A stretch of DNA of 32,000 nucleotides from assembly GCA_963718915.1 (NCBI GenBank), contig CAVRAI010000014.1:1-32000 (forward strand), given 5' to 3'. Under the pieces are notes generated by a model that saw only the letters and a program-made list of their open reading frames with translations, made no database searches and was not told the DNA's origin. The position numbers and the translations under genes were made by a program. Positions 19,059 to 27,799 of this stretch are shown one piece after another. The stretch's first letter is position 1; each line of letters opens with the position of its first letter. The stretch is from an uncultured Chloroflexia bacterium. GTDB lineage: Bacteria > Chloroflexota > Ktedonobacteria > Ktedonobacterales > JADMIN01.

Positions 19059-19973
19059 TTAGCCGACCACCACCGCCAGCAGCGAAAACACGAACACCGA
19101 GACGGCGATATAGCCGTTCATATTAAAGAAGGCGACGTCGAGCTGCGAGAAGTCGTCCGGCTTCACCAAACGATGCTCCCAAATGAGCAGCCACGCCGCC
19201 AGCCCCACCGCAATCCAGACGGGCCACGCCAGATGCAGGATGCCGCCGACCGCCGCCACCAGCCCGACCGACGCGCCGTGCGCCATTTCCGAGATTTGCA
19301 AGGCCCGCGCCGGACCAAAACGCGCGGGAATCGAGTAGAATCCGTGCGCACGGTCGAATTCGATATCCTGGCAGGCATAGATCAGATCGAAGCCACCCAC
19401 CCAGAATGTCACGGCGAGTCCCAGCAGGGCGGGCGGCAGCAGATTCGCCACGCTGATGGTCGGGTTGACCGCCAGCCAGCCACCCACCGGCGCGATGCCG
19501 TCGGTAAGGCCGAGGGCGAGATGACAGAGCCAGGTGAAGCGTTTGGTATAGGAATAGCCAACGACGAAAAGCAAAGCGACCGGCGAGAGTGCGAAGCAGA
19601 GCGGGTTGAGCTGCCACGCCGAGAACGCCAGCACGGCGGCGGCGATAATCGAGACGACCACCATCTCACTGGGCCGCAGCAGCTTCTTCGGCAAAGCGCG
19701 GTTGGCTGTGCGCGGGTTGAGCGCGTCCATCCGGGCGTCGATCAGGCGGTTGAGCGTCATGGCGAGGGTCCGCGCGCCTGCCATCGCCAGGGTAATCCAG
19801 ATGAGCTTATCGAGGCCGGGCCAGCCATGGTTCGCACGCGACGCCAGCACCATGCCCAGATAGGCGAACGGCAACGCGAAGATCGTGTGCTCGAATTTGA
19901 TGGCATCCAGGAAAATGCGCGCCTTGCGCATCGTTCCCGACGCGGCGCCGTCTCTCTGCGCCTCAGCCTGCAT
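19059..19973 (-). CDS. UbiA-family aromatic prenyltransferase (4-hydroxybenzoate polyprenyltransferase-like)
   Basis: About 9 TM helices. First Asp-rich motif NRLIDARMDALNPRTANRALP and second motif DIEFDRAHG. ATG 19973 is preceded by GGAGAGAG; the longer start at 20024 lacks an RBS. Confidence 0.85.
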   Translation of the reverse strand: MQAEAQRDGAASGTMRKARIFLDAIKFEHTIFALPFAYLGMVLASRANHGWPGLDKLIWITLAMAGARTLAMTLNRLIDARMDALNPRTANRALPKKLLRPSEMVVVSIIAAAVLAFSAWQLNPLCFALSPVALLFVVGYSYTKRFTWLCHLALGLTDGIAPVGGWLAVNPTISVANLLPPALLGLAVTFWVGGFDLIYACQDIEFDRAHGFYSIPARFGPARALQISEMAHGASVGLVAAVGGILHLAWPVWIAVGLAAWLLIWEHRLVKPDDFSQLDVAFFNMNGYIAVSVFVFSLLAVVVG

Positions 19974-20226
19974 CGGCTCTCTCCGCTCACTCCGCCACAA
20001 CAATTCCCATGTTAAGTACGCCATTCCCCAGCAAATTATACGGCCTGGCGGCGACGCGCTACCAACGGAGACTTCGCATTCTCAGTAGTTGTCTCCTGAA
20101 ACCGCAACTGCGCGGAGGATACCCATGCAACCGCCGAGCAGTTAGCGGTTAGCGTGTAAGCGCATATGGCGTATGGTAGAATGCGATGCGCCCAGGCATA
20201 CAAGCGCCACGGGAGGGAGAGACGCC

Positions 20227-21594
20227 GTGGAGCATTCTTCAATGCCACCCAGTGTTCCAGCATCTGACGAAGACGAGCCTGTGCTCGCGCGCGAGCCGCT
20301 CTTCCCTGGCAGGCAGCGGCGCAAGCTCGGCCCCAATCCGCGGATCAACGCGCTCACGCTGTTTCTCGTGGCTATCCTGGCGCTGGGAGCGATCCTGGCA
20401 GGCGCTCAGTGGCTGCGTCAAAGAACGCCTGTAAGCGTACTTGCTGCTACTCCCACACCCACATCCACAACTCCGCTGATGCCCGCGCCGACGATTCCGC
20501 CCGGCCAGGGGTGGTCTCCCGCCGGGCCGTCATGGGCGCAGCAGATCAACTTCGCTCCGAGTGAGCCGCAAACCGCGTACGTCTGTGGGACGCCGGGCAA
20601 CCGCGACGCAAGCGGCCAGGCGCCAATAGCCCTCGGCGTCTCCAGTGACTCCGGCCATAGCTGGCAGACCATCACGACGCATCTCACTGCCAACACCTGC
20701 CAGATGACCATGAATCCGCTCGACGCGCGCGACCTGTTGATGGCGATAGGACATTGCCTCACCTGTTCGTCCCCCGCTCCCATGCAGCTCTATCGTACAC
20801 GTGATGGCGGGCAGAACTGGAGTCTCGTCCTGTTTCCCCTACAGGACGGATCCATCTCACCAGAGTTCATTGCGTACCAGTGGGCCTGGCAGGGTTCAGC
20901 CGTCTTCGTCATGCCTTTCCCCCTCGAAACACAGTTGAGAGATAGCCTGGCGATCAGTGTGGCTGGCAGTTCCTTCACCTGGGTAAACAAGGCTGCATTG
21001 CTGGCGCAGGTACCAGAGAGCATGCAGATCAACAACATCTATGCGACGACGAGCGCGGTCTATGTTGATTTTGCTTCGTTCGGGCCAAACGATTGCACCG
21101 ATGACTGCATGCTGACCAAAGAGAGCGCAGACCTGGGGGCCACGTGGACGGTCTTCCGGCCACATTATCATGGCCAGCCAGTGTACCTGCTCGACCAGTC
21201 TATCAGTATCGCCGACGGGCATACCCTGATAGGGCAAGTCTATCCCGGCCCGAATGAAGATACGCGCATGTATCTCCGCTCGTACGATGGTGGCGCGACA
21301 TGGGCGCCGCTGCCATCACCGCCACGAGGTCTAGTGATTACCTCGTTGGCATCCACGCCTGGCGGAATCATCTACGTTGAAACGTGGGATTTTGGCGCTA
21401 CCGCCACCGCTCCGCCCGCCGTCTATCGCCTCACGCCGGGCACAAAAGCATGGGCTTTCGTCGGCGCGCTGCCGGATTCAGGCATTCCAGTGGTCGTCTC
21501 CTGGGATGCGCAAGGCAATCCGCTGGCCCTCTGGAGCGGCGCGGGCAACCCACCACTGTCACCGTTTGCCGGACTGGCCGCTCATCTGCCCTGA
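20227..21594 (+). CDS. membrane-anchored BNR/Asp-box repeat (beta-propeller) protein
   Basis: Four Asp-box motifs are present: SSDSGHSWQ, TRDGGQNWS, SADLGATWT and SYDGGATWA. There is one N-terminal TM anchor (LTLFLVAILALGAILAGAQWL) followed by a Pro/Thr linker. GTG 20227 follows GGGAGGGAGAG. ATG 20242 and 20173 are alternatives. Confidence 0.75.
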   Translation: MEHSSMPPSVPASDEDEPVLAREPLFPGRQRRKLGPNPRINALTLFLVAILALGAILAGAQWLRQRTPVSVLAATPTPTSTTPLMPAPTIPPGQGWSPAGPSWAQQINFAPSEPQTAYVCGTPGNRDASGQAPIALGVSSDSGHSWQTITTHLTANTCQMTMNPLDARDLLMAIGHCLTCSSPAPMQLYRTRDGGQNWSLVLFPLQDGSISPEFIAYQWAWQGSAVFVMPFPLETQLRDSLAISVAGSSFTWVNKAALLAQVPESMQINNIYATTSAVYVDFASFGPNDCTDDCMLTKESADLGATWTVFRPHYHGQPVYLLDQSISIADGHTLIGQVYPGPNEDTRMYLRSYDGGATWAPLPSPPRGLVITSLASTPGGIIYVETWDFGATATAPPAVYRLTPGTKAWAFVGALPDSGIPVVVSWDAQGNPLALWSGAGNPPLSPFAGLAAHLP

Positions 21595-21804
21595 CACTCC
21601 TATCAGTGTCGCGTGACACGGAACCCCGGCGTATAATGCGCCAACACGACGCCGTGATATCTATGAAACATCCATCAAACGAATGTGCTCCAACGGAAAC
21701 AGAGATGCTATCCTAACGCGGAAATCAGGCGCGATATCACCACTCAGGTCTATTGAGATCTATAGTGACCAAATGCCATGCGAAACAGACTACGGAGGCC
21801 CTCA

Positions 21805-22662
21805 GTGACAGAGACACCAGTGCTCGCCAGCAGCTACACCTTTGACCCCTTTGCCCGCCACAAGTTTTACCATGATGTCAATCAGTCGCTCGTCCATCGG
21901 GCGATTTCGCGGCTCGACGCCGCGCATCCCGCGGGGAGGCCAGTGCGCGTCGTCGAGTTGGCATCGGGAACGGGCGCGGTCACCGAGCTGATCCTGGATG
22001 AACTGGAGCGCCTGGGCCGTCCGGGTACGGTCATTGGCGTCGAGCCTTCACCGGAGGCCATCGAGATTGCCACCGACCGCCTCGCCTCACGCGGCGCGAC
22101 ATTTGTGCAGGGCGACGCCGATAATCTGGTGACGGTCGCGCCCAACGCCGACGCAATTTTCTTCTGCAATGCCATTCACCTGGTACCAGATAAGCGTGAG
22201 GTGGCGGAGAAGGTCGCCAGCGCGCTCGCGCCCAATGGCTTCTTTGCCTGCAATAGCTCATTTTACCAGGGCGCCTATGCCCCCGGTAGCGAACGCTTCT
22301 ATCATCTCTGGACTCGCCGCGCGCTCGGCTGGCTGCGCAAGAATCATCCCGGCGTCCGCACCGCGCGCACCGAGAAGGCGACGGCTATGCAGTGGCTTAC
22401 CCCCGACGATTATGCCCAGGCGTTTGAGGCCAATGGGCTGCACGTGGTGGATCGCGCCGAAGAGACGGCGCTGATGCCGCTGCGCGCGTGGCAGGATATT
22501 GGCCGCTACTGGCTCTTCATCGAGGGCGCGCTCCCCGGTGTGCCGATCCCCATCGGCGCCGACGCGCTCGAATACGCCGCTGCCGAGGCGATGACCGAGC
22601 TGAATCTCACCGAGGTGCCACGCATCTGGCTACAGCTCGTCGCCCAGCATAACGCGCACTGA
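21805..22662 (+). CDS. class I SAM-dependent methyltransferase
   Basis: Motif I VVELASGTGAVT, motif II GDADNL, and post-I and motif III regions (DAIFFCNAIHLV). GTG 21805 lies 6 nt after GGAGG. ATG 21778 is an alternative start without an RBS. Confidence 0.8.
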   Translation: MTETPVLASSYTFDPFARHKFYHDVNQSLVHRAISRLDAAHPAGRPVRVVELASGTGAVTELILDELERLGRPGTVIGVEPSPEAIEIATDRLASRGATFVQGDADNLVTVAPNADAIFFCNAIHLVPDKREVAEKVASALAPNGFFACNSSFYQGAYAPGSERFYHLWTRRALGWLRKNHPGVRTARTEKATAMQWLTPDDYAQAFEANGLHVVDRAEETALMPLRAWQDIGRYWLFIEGALPGVPIPIGADALEYAAAEAMTELNLTEVPRIWLQLVAQHNAH

Positions 22663-22686
22663 TACCGCAGTGATACCGCGCCGCTA

Positions 22687-22715
22687 TTGACGGGCGTTGT
22701 GCCGCAGAGTACAAT
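22687..22715 (+). promoter_or_regulatory. sigma-70-type promoter for the Fe-S carrier gene
   Basis: TTGACG, a 17-nt spacer, then TACAAT, in an AT-rich intergenic region about 150 nt upstream of ATG 22867. Confidence 0.55.
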
Positions 22716-22866
22716 ACCGAACAGCAATACTGTAGAGAATGAAGTATTGTATACTGTGAAGTGTCCAATACCGAGACTGGTGTAGGATACGTCACGGTGA
22801 AATCACACTCGAACGGACGCGCGAGACGCCACGCGGTCGGCGCGCGGCGAAAAGGAGCGAGCTTCG

Positions 22867-23259
22867 ATGGCTGATATGTCTGAAACCACAACCGCCCTGG
22901 TAACGCTGACGCCTGACGCAGCGGTGAAGGTGCGTGAGCTGCTTGAGGCCGAGGGCAACCTCGACCTGGGACTCCGCCTGTTCGTCGCGGGCGGCGGCTG
23001 TTCGGGTATGCAATATGGCATGACGCTGGATGAGTTCCAGGAAGGCGACGAGGTGCTCGAGGTTGAGGGCGTGAAGATGCTGCTCGACGAGATGAGCGCC
23101 GCCTACGTCTCTGGCAGCGTCGTCGATTACGTCGATAGCTTGATGGGCGCTGGCTTCACGGTCAACAACCCGAACGCCGTCTCCACCTGCGGCTGCGGTC
23201 ACAGCTTCCGCACGGCGGGCGATACAGGCGACGCGCGCTCTTGCGGCTGCGGCCACTAA
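22867..23259 (+). CDS. A-type iron-sulfur cluster carrier (IscA/ErpA/SufA/HesB family)
   Basis: LRL.V.GGGCSGMQYGM..D and the C-terminal NPNAVSTCGCGHSF three-Cys signature. There is an extra Cys-containing tail, SCGCGH. AAAGGAG RBS. Confidence 0.9.
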   Translation: MADMSETTTALVTLTPDAAVKVRELLEAEGNLDLGLRLFVAGGGCSGMQYGMTLDEFQEGDEVLEVEGVKMLLDEMSAAYVSGSVVDYVDSLMGAGFTVNNPNAVSTCGCGHSFRTAGDTGDARSCGCGH

Positions 23260-23294
23260 AGCGCCGGGCCTCGCGCTAATTTTTGGAGGCGGCG

Positions 23295-23615
23295 ATGGAG
23301 CAAGACTTTCTGAACCTGCCCGCCGATCTCTTGCCTGATGACCCGGCTGATCGCAGCGTCTATCGCGAGGCGTATCAGGCGGGCTACACGCGGACGCTCC
23401 GCGAGCTTGAATGGGCGCGTGAGCAGGGGTGGCATCCCACGGAGCGCCAGATCGTGCGCGCGCTGATGCAGGCGATGCGTGTCTTTAGCGCCGTGCGGAG
23501 TGGCAAGCCCATCGGTGGGCGGCACCCTGCCTGGCTGCGCGGGCGCGCCGATGCGTTGCGCTCGTTGCTGCATAGCGGTGTCGGCTTCGATCCCTCCGAC
23601 ACTTCGGATGCCTGA
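23295..23615 (+). CDS. hypothetical protein
   Basis: 106-aa ORF with strong third-position GC bias. GGAGG lies 5 nt upstream of ATG 23295, 36 nt after the Fe-S carrier stop, and a hairpin terminator follows. No family recognised. Confidence 0.5.
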   Translation: MEQDFLNLPADLLPDDPADRSVYREAYQAGYTRTLRELEWAREQGWHPTERQIVRALMQAMRVFSAVRSGKPIGGRHPAWLRGRADALRSLLHSGVGFDPSDTSDA

Positions 23616-23630
23616 GGGCCAACACATCAG

Positions 23631-23670
23631 CGCCGGATACTTTCTCCAACAGAGTGAGTATCCGGCGTTT
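23631..23670 (+). terminator. rho-independent-type terminator
   Basis: CGCCGGATAC, a 17-nt loop (with internal CTC/GAG pairing), then GTATCCGGCG followed by TTTGGCGTTTG, located 16 nt after the stop at 23615. Confidence 0.5.
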
Positions 23671-23954
23671 GGCGTTTGTGGTGGGACAATCCCGGCATTG
23701 GTGTGATGTGCAGTCCCAACCTTGACGTAGCTGTAGCAATTGCGACGGACACGGGCATTGCAGTGGGGTGAGCAAGCCGTAGCGTGAACGCTCCGGCGAA
23801 TGGGAGGCGGGAAATTCGCCGTAGCATTTATGCTACGGTCTGCCTCGCCCGCCACAACGCGCGGTGTCCGTCGCACATGCGAAAACCACATTAGTCGCCA
23901 GCCGCCGTAGCCGCATCAAGGCGAGTAGTTCATAGAACAGGGGTATGCTGATAT

Positions 23955-25112
23955 ATGGCGCGAAGCAGCACGAAAACCAGCGGACGACCCGCCGCGAAGA
24001 AGCCCGCGCGGCTGGAGGCGCGACTGACGGAGACGCTTATCGCGCTGGCGGGCATCCCCAGCGTCTCGGGCCAGGAGGACGCTGTCCGCGCATGGATTGC
24101 CGGGGGGCTGGAGGCGCATGGCCTGACGCCCATCACCGACGGCGCGGGCAACCTGATCGCGCGTGTCCCCGCGCAGCCGCCCACGCGCGACGCCGAGCCG
24201 CCGATTCTGCTCAACGCCCACATAGATCGCGTGCCACCGGGACTGGCGCACCGACCCATCCTGGCTGACGGCATCCTGCGTAGCGATGGAACGACCAACC
24301 TTGGCGCGGACGATAGCGCGGGCATCGCCATCATCCTGCACACGCTCGACGAATTGCATGCGCGCCGCCTGGAGCATCCGCCGCTGCTGCTGCTCTTCAC
24401 CGTCGGCGAGGAGGTGGGCCTGATCGGCGCGAAGGCGTTTGATCCGGCGCCCTGGGGCGCGCGGGACGGCATCGTCTTCGACAACGCGGGCGAGGCGGGC
24501 GTCGTCGTCAGCCATGCCGCCACCTATATCGCGTTCGACGTTGTGCTGCGCGGTAGCGGCGGGCATCCGGGCAAGCGCCTGGAAGGGACGGCCAGCGCCA
24601 TCGAAATCTTCCATCGGGCGGCGTATCCTGTCGGCGTGCTGGATGGCGACACCAGCCGCGTCTCCATTGGCCGCATCGAGGGCGGCAGCGCCCGCAACGC
24701 CGTCCCACGCGAGCTACGGGCGCTCGGCGAGGCGCGCACCCTACTCGAAGGCGAGGCCCGCGCGCGGCTGCTGGCGGAGATCGAGGCGGCGTTTACCGAA
24801 GCGGCGCGATCGCTCGGCGGCGAGGCGACCATCAGCTTCGATCCACACTGCGACGGCTACACCGTGGACGAGAGCGAGCCGCTGCTGAGCGCCTGGTTGC
24901 GGACGCAGACGGCGCTCGGCATCGCCCCCCGCACAATGACCACCTTCATCGGCAGCGACGCCAGCGCTTTGCGGGCGCATACCCGCGTCTTCACCGTCTC
25001 GACTGGCGCGATGGATGAGCATACGACCGAGGAGTGGATTGCGGTGGCGCCGCTGGCCACGCTGGTCGAGACGGCGGTGGCGCTGTTGAGTGGCTATTCA
25101 TCTGAGGAGTGA
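23955..25112 (+). CDS. M20-family metallopeptidase (PepT/tripeptidase-like)
   Basis: L..IPSVSGQE, NAHIDRVP, GADDSAGIAIIL and FTVGEEVGLIGAKAF metal-ligand motifs. 385 aa. Confidence 0.85.
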   Translation: MARSSTKTSGRPAAKKPARLEARLTETLIALAGIPSVSGQEDAVRAWIAGGLEAHGLTPITDGAGNLIARVPAQPPTRDAEPPILLNAHIDRVPPGLAHRPILADGILRSDGTTNLGADDSAGIAIILHTLDELHARRLEHPPLLLLFTVGEEVGLIGAKAFDPAPWGARDGIVFDNAGEAGVVVSHAATYIAFDVVLRGSGGHPGKRLEGTASAIEIFHRAAYPVGVLDGDTSRVSIGRIEGGSARNAVPRELRALGEARTLLEGEARARLLAEIEAAFTEAARSLGGEATISFDPHCDGYTVDESEPLLSAWLRTQTALGIAPRTMTTFIGSDASALRAHTRVFTVSTGAMDEHTTEEWIAVAPLATLVETAVALLSGYSSEE

Positions 25113-25128
25113 AGGCAGAATAGCAAGA

Positions 25129-25154
25129 GACCCTCTCCGGGGATGGAGAGGGTC
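25129..25154. terminator. hairpin between convergent genes (possible bidirectional terminator)
   Basis: GACCCTCTCC ggggat GGAGAGGGTC, a perfect 10-bp stem 17 nt after the peptidase stop. No clear U-tract. Confidence 0.4.
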
Positions 25155-25226
25155 GGCCTCAATCGTTCGTAGTCGTGGCGGGTCTTGTATCTCTAGCCGC
25201 AACCACGGCCACTCAACAAACAGCGA

Positions 25227-25499
25227 TCAGGAGGGGTTAGGATTGTCATCGCCACCGCCGAACATGCCCCCGAGCGCCTGGCCAGCCTGGCCAGTGACTC
25301 CTCCCGCGCCACTCTGCCCGCCCATCAAACCATCGAGCTGTGAGGCAACCGGTCCCGGGAGTTTGTTCTTCAGGTAACCAATTACGGTCTGAACCGCCTG
25401 GTTGGCCTGATCCTGGCTGATACCAGTCTTCTGCACCACCTGATTCACCAGTTCATCCACGTCGCTCACTCCTTCCCGCGGATTAGCGATCATCCGCAT
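25227..25499 (-). CDS. small hypothetical protein with Gly-rich C-terminal tail
   Basis: The core DELVNQVVQKTGISQDQANQAVQTVIGYLKNKLPGPVASQLDGLMGG is followed by a G/Q-rich tail. The start is uncertain (ATG 25499 or 25493; TTG 25547 in the ORF track). Confidence 0.45.
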   Translation of the reverse strand: MRMIANPREGVSDVDELVNQVVQKTGISQDQANQAVQTVIGYLKNKLPGPVASQLDGLMGGQSGAGGVTGQAGQALGGMFGGGDDNPNPS

Positions 25500-25814
25500 C
25501 TGAGGCAAGAGTGCGCTGTTTTGCGCACCATCCGTCATACACCACAATTCCCAGTGCGGCGCAAGAGTGTAAGCACAATTGACGGCGTCATACCCTGCCG
25601 CGGTGGAGATTGGCCCCTACCTCCAGGCATAGGAAGCCATGTTCGACCGCGCGTGGCGCCTTGTGTTTTTCGCGCAGATATCTCACTTGCAATTCAATTT
25701 TCGCTCGATTACCATATGCTGGTGTCCCGTAAAGAACCTGTTTCGTATTGGGTCAAACTAGAGAAAACAGGTGAGACTGAGACGCCAGCGTTACCACTTC
25801 CAGGAGGGGAATCT

Positions 25815-27596
25815 GTGGCCAGCCGAGAGTTTACCGTCGCCGACGAGTATGTCTACAATCGCGCCGGGGCGGTGCGCTGGGTCATCTCCCACGTGCTGCG
25901 CTACAAGCGATTTCTGCTCGGAGCGGTCGGCGCGATGATTGTCGCGAATATCCTGCTCTCGGCAATTCCACGGCTGACGGGCGCCGCCTTCAATGTGGTC
26001 TTGCAGGAGCGGCCCGATCAGTCGCAACTGGCGCTGGTGGCGCTGGCGATCCTCGCGTGCGTGCTGGTGGGGGGCGTCTTCGACATGACGGCGCGCTTCA
26101 GCACCGAGATTCTGGCGCAGCGGCTGGAGCGGGACTCGCGCGACGAGTTGTATCTGAGCCTGCTGGGCAAGAGCCAGACCTTCCACAATCGCCAGCAGGT
26201 CGGCGACATCATGGCGCGGGCCACCAACGATGTGCGCCAGCTCAACCCGATGATGAACCCCGGCTTCGATCTGCTCTTCGACTCGCTGCTCAACCTCGTC
26301 GTCCCGATGGTCTTCATCGCGTTTCTCTCGCCGCAGTTGCTACTGGCGCCGCTGCTCTTCACCATCGGCTTCTTCTTCGCCATCCGCGACTACACCCGGC
26401 GGCTCAATCCCGTCTCGAATGCGATGCGCCAGCAATTTGGCGCGATGAACGCCGGGCTGGAGGAGACGATCACCGGCATCGAGGTGGTCAAGTCCACCGC
26501 GCAGGAGCCGCAGGAGCGCGCGAAGTTTGGCCGGAGCGCGCGCGGCTACCGCGACTATTTCATCCGCAACGGACAGATCCAGGCGTGGTACCTGCCGCCG
26601 CTGATCCTGGTGTTCGCGCTGGTGCTTGCCTTCCTCCATGGCGTCTTCCTGCTGACGCACGGCCAGTTGACGCTCGGCGGGCTGGTCGCCTACATGGGGC
26701 TGATGGGCATGCTGCGCGGGCCAGCCTACCTCTCGATCTTCACCTTCTCGCTCGTCCAGCTGGGCATCGCGGGCGCGAACCGCATTCTGGCGCTGATGCG
26801 TGAGGAGACCGAACTGGACGAGAACGAGGCGGGCCATCGCGGCGAGGTACGTGGCGAGATTGTCTTCGACCACGTCAGCTTCAGCTATGGCGAGACGCCG
26901 ATCCTGCGCGATATCTCGTTCCGCGCGGCGCCTGGCGAGACCATCGCCATCGTCGGCCAGACCGGCTCTGGCAAGAGCACGCTGACGCGGCTGGTCAACC
27001 GGACGTATGACGTGACGAGCGGGCGCATTTTGATCGACGGGGTAGACGTGCGCGACTGGAATCTGGATTCCTTGCGCTTGCAGATATCGTCTATCGAGCA
27101 GGATGTCTTTCTCTTCTCGCGCAGTATCGCCGAGAATATCGGTTTCAGCATGGGCCAGCGGGCCGAGCGCGCCGAGGTCGAGCGCGCCGCGCGGGATGCC
27201 CAGGCCGACGGCTTCGTGCGCGCCTTGCCTGAAGGCTACGAGACGGTCATCGGCGAGCGTGGTGTGACGCTTTCTGGTGGCCAGCGCCAGCGGCTGGCGA
27301 TTGCCCGCGCCCTCCTGACTGATCCGCGCATCCTGATGCTCGACGACTCGACCAGCGCGATTGATAGCGCGACCGAGGATGAGATTCAGAAGGCGATCCG
27401 GCGGCTGCTCGAAGGGCGCACGACACTGCTGATTACCCATCGGCTCTCGCAGATTCGCTGGGCCGACCGGATTCTGGTGCTGCGCAAGGGCGAGTTGGTG
27501 GATAGCGGCACACATGAGGAGCTGCTGGGTCGCTGCGACCTCTACCGCCGCATCTTCGCCCGCTACGATAGTGCGCTTCCGGTGGCGACGACGTGA
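25815..27596 (+). CDS. ABC exporter, fused permease/ATPase, subunit with degenerate Walker B
   Basis: A six-TM exporter domain followed by an NBD: Walker A GQTGSGKST, signature LSGGQRQR, Walker B ILMLDD followed by S (Asp in place of the catalytic Glu), H-loop ITHRLS. GVG 25815 is a GTG that follows AGGAGGGG by 5 nt, giving about 593 aa. The ORF-track start at 25521 adds an implausible leader. Confidence 0.9.
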   Translation: MASREFTVADEYVYNRAGAVRWVISHVLRYKRFLLGAVGAMIVANILLSAIPRLTGAAFNVVLQERPDQSQLALVALAILACVLVGGVFDMTARFSTEILAQRLERDSRDELYLSLLGKSQTFHNRQQVGDIMARATNDVRQLNPMMNPGFDLLFDSLLNLVVPMVFIAFLSPQLLLAPLLFTIGFFFAIRDYTRRLNPVSNAMRQQFGAMNAGLEETITGIEVVKSTAQEPQERAKFGRSARGYRDYFIRNGQIQAWYLPPLILVFALVLAFLHGVFLLTHGQLTLGGLVAYMGLMGMLRGPAYLSIFTFSLVQLGIAGANRILALMREETELDENEAGHRGEVRGEIVFDHVSFSYGETPILRDISFRAAPGETIAIVGQTGSGKSTLTRLVNRTYDVTSGRILIDGVDVRDWNLDSLRLQISSIEQDVFLFSRSIAENIGFSMGQRAERAEVERAARDAQADGFVRALPEGYETVIGERGVTLSGGQRQRLAIARALLTDPRILMLDDSTSAIDSATEDEIQKAIRRLLEGRTTLLITHRLSQIRWADRILVLRKGELVDSGTHEELLGRCDLYRRIFARYDSALPVATT

Positions 27597-27618
27597 ATGA
27601 ACCCTGGCGCGGAGGGCG

Positions 27619-27761
27619 CTGGCGGCTAAAGCCGCGCCTAAGGGCGTTCCGCCACGAAGGCCGCCTACGCGGCCTACAGAGCGCGCGTTGCTCATTGGAG
27701 CCTGCGCAGGCAGGCTTTGTCGCCTTCAGAGAAGGCGCTTAGGCGCGGCTTTAGCCGCCAG
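27619..27761. repeat. 143-bp composite palindromic element (24-bp perfect terminal inverted repeats)
   Basis: CTGGCGGCTAAAGCCGCGCCTAAG (27619-27642) is the exact reverse complement of 27738-27761. Each arm also self-folds (GGCGGC taaa GCCGC). The interior contains the 12-nt palindrome GCCTGCGCAGGC (27700-27711). It occupies most of the 203-bp spacer between the two ABC genes. Confidence 0.85.
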
Positions 27762-27799
27762 CCAGGTTTATACATAAACACCACACGGAGAATCACCAC

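Noticed and set aside
21632-21637. TATAAT hexamer upstream of the methyltransferase gene.
   Set aside because: There is no acceptable -35 at 16-18 nt (TCGCGT) and no TG extension. An isolated hexamer is not enough to call a promoter.
26340-27695. Long antisense ORFs overlapping well-supported genes. Examples are 26340-27695 (-) 451 aa, 19050-20015 (+) 321 aa, 4229-5068 (+), 7776-8561 (+), 18308-19126 (+), 23916-24614 (-), 23256-23891 (-) and 17553-18080 (+).
   Set aside because: They mirror genes with clear family motifs on the other strand. Their translations are Arg/Ala/Pro/His-rich low-complexity sequence with no motifs. Long stop-free antisense frames are expected at about 65% G+C.
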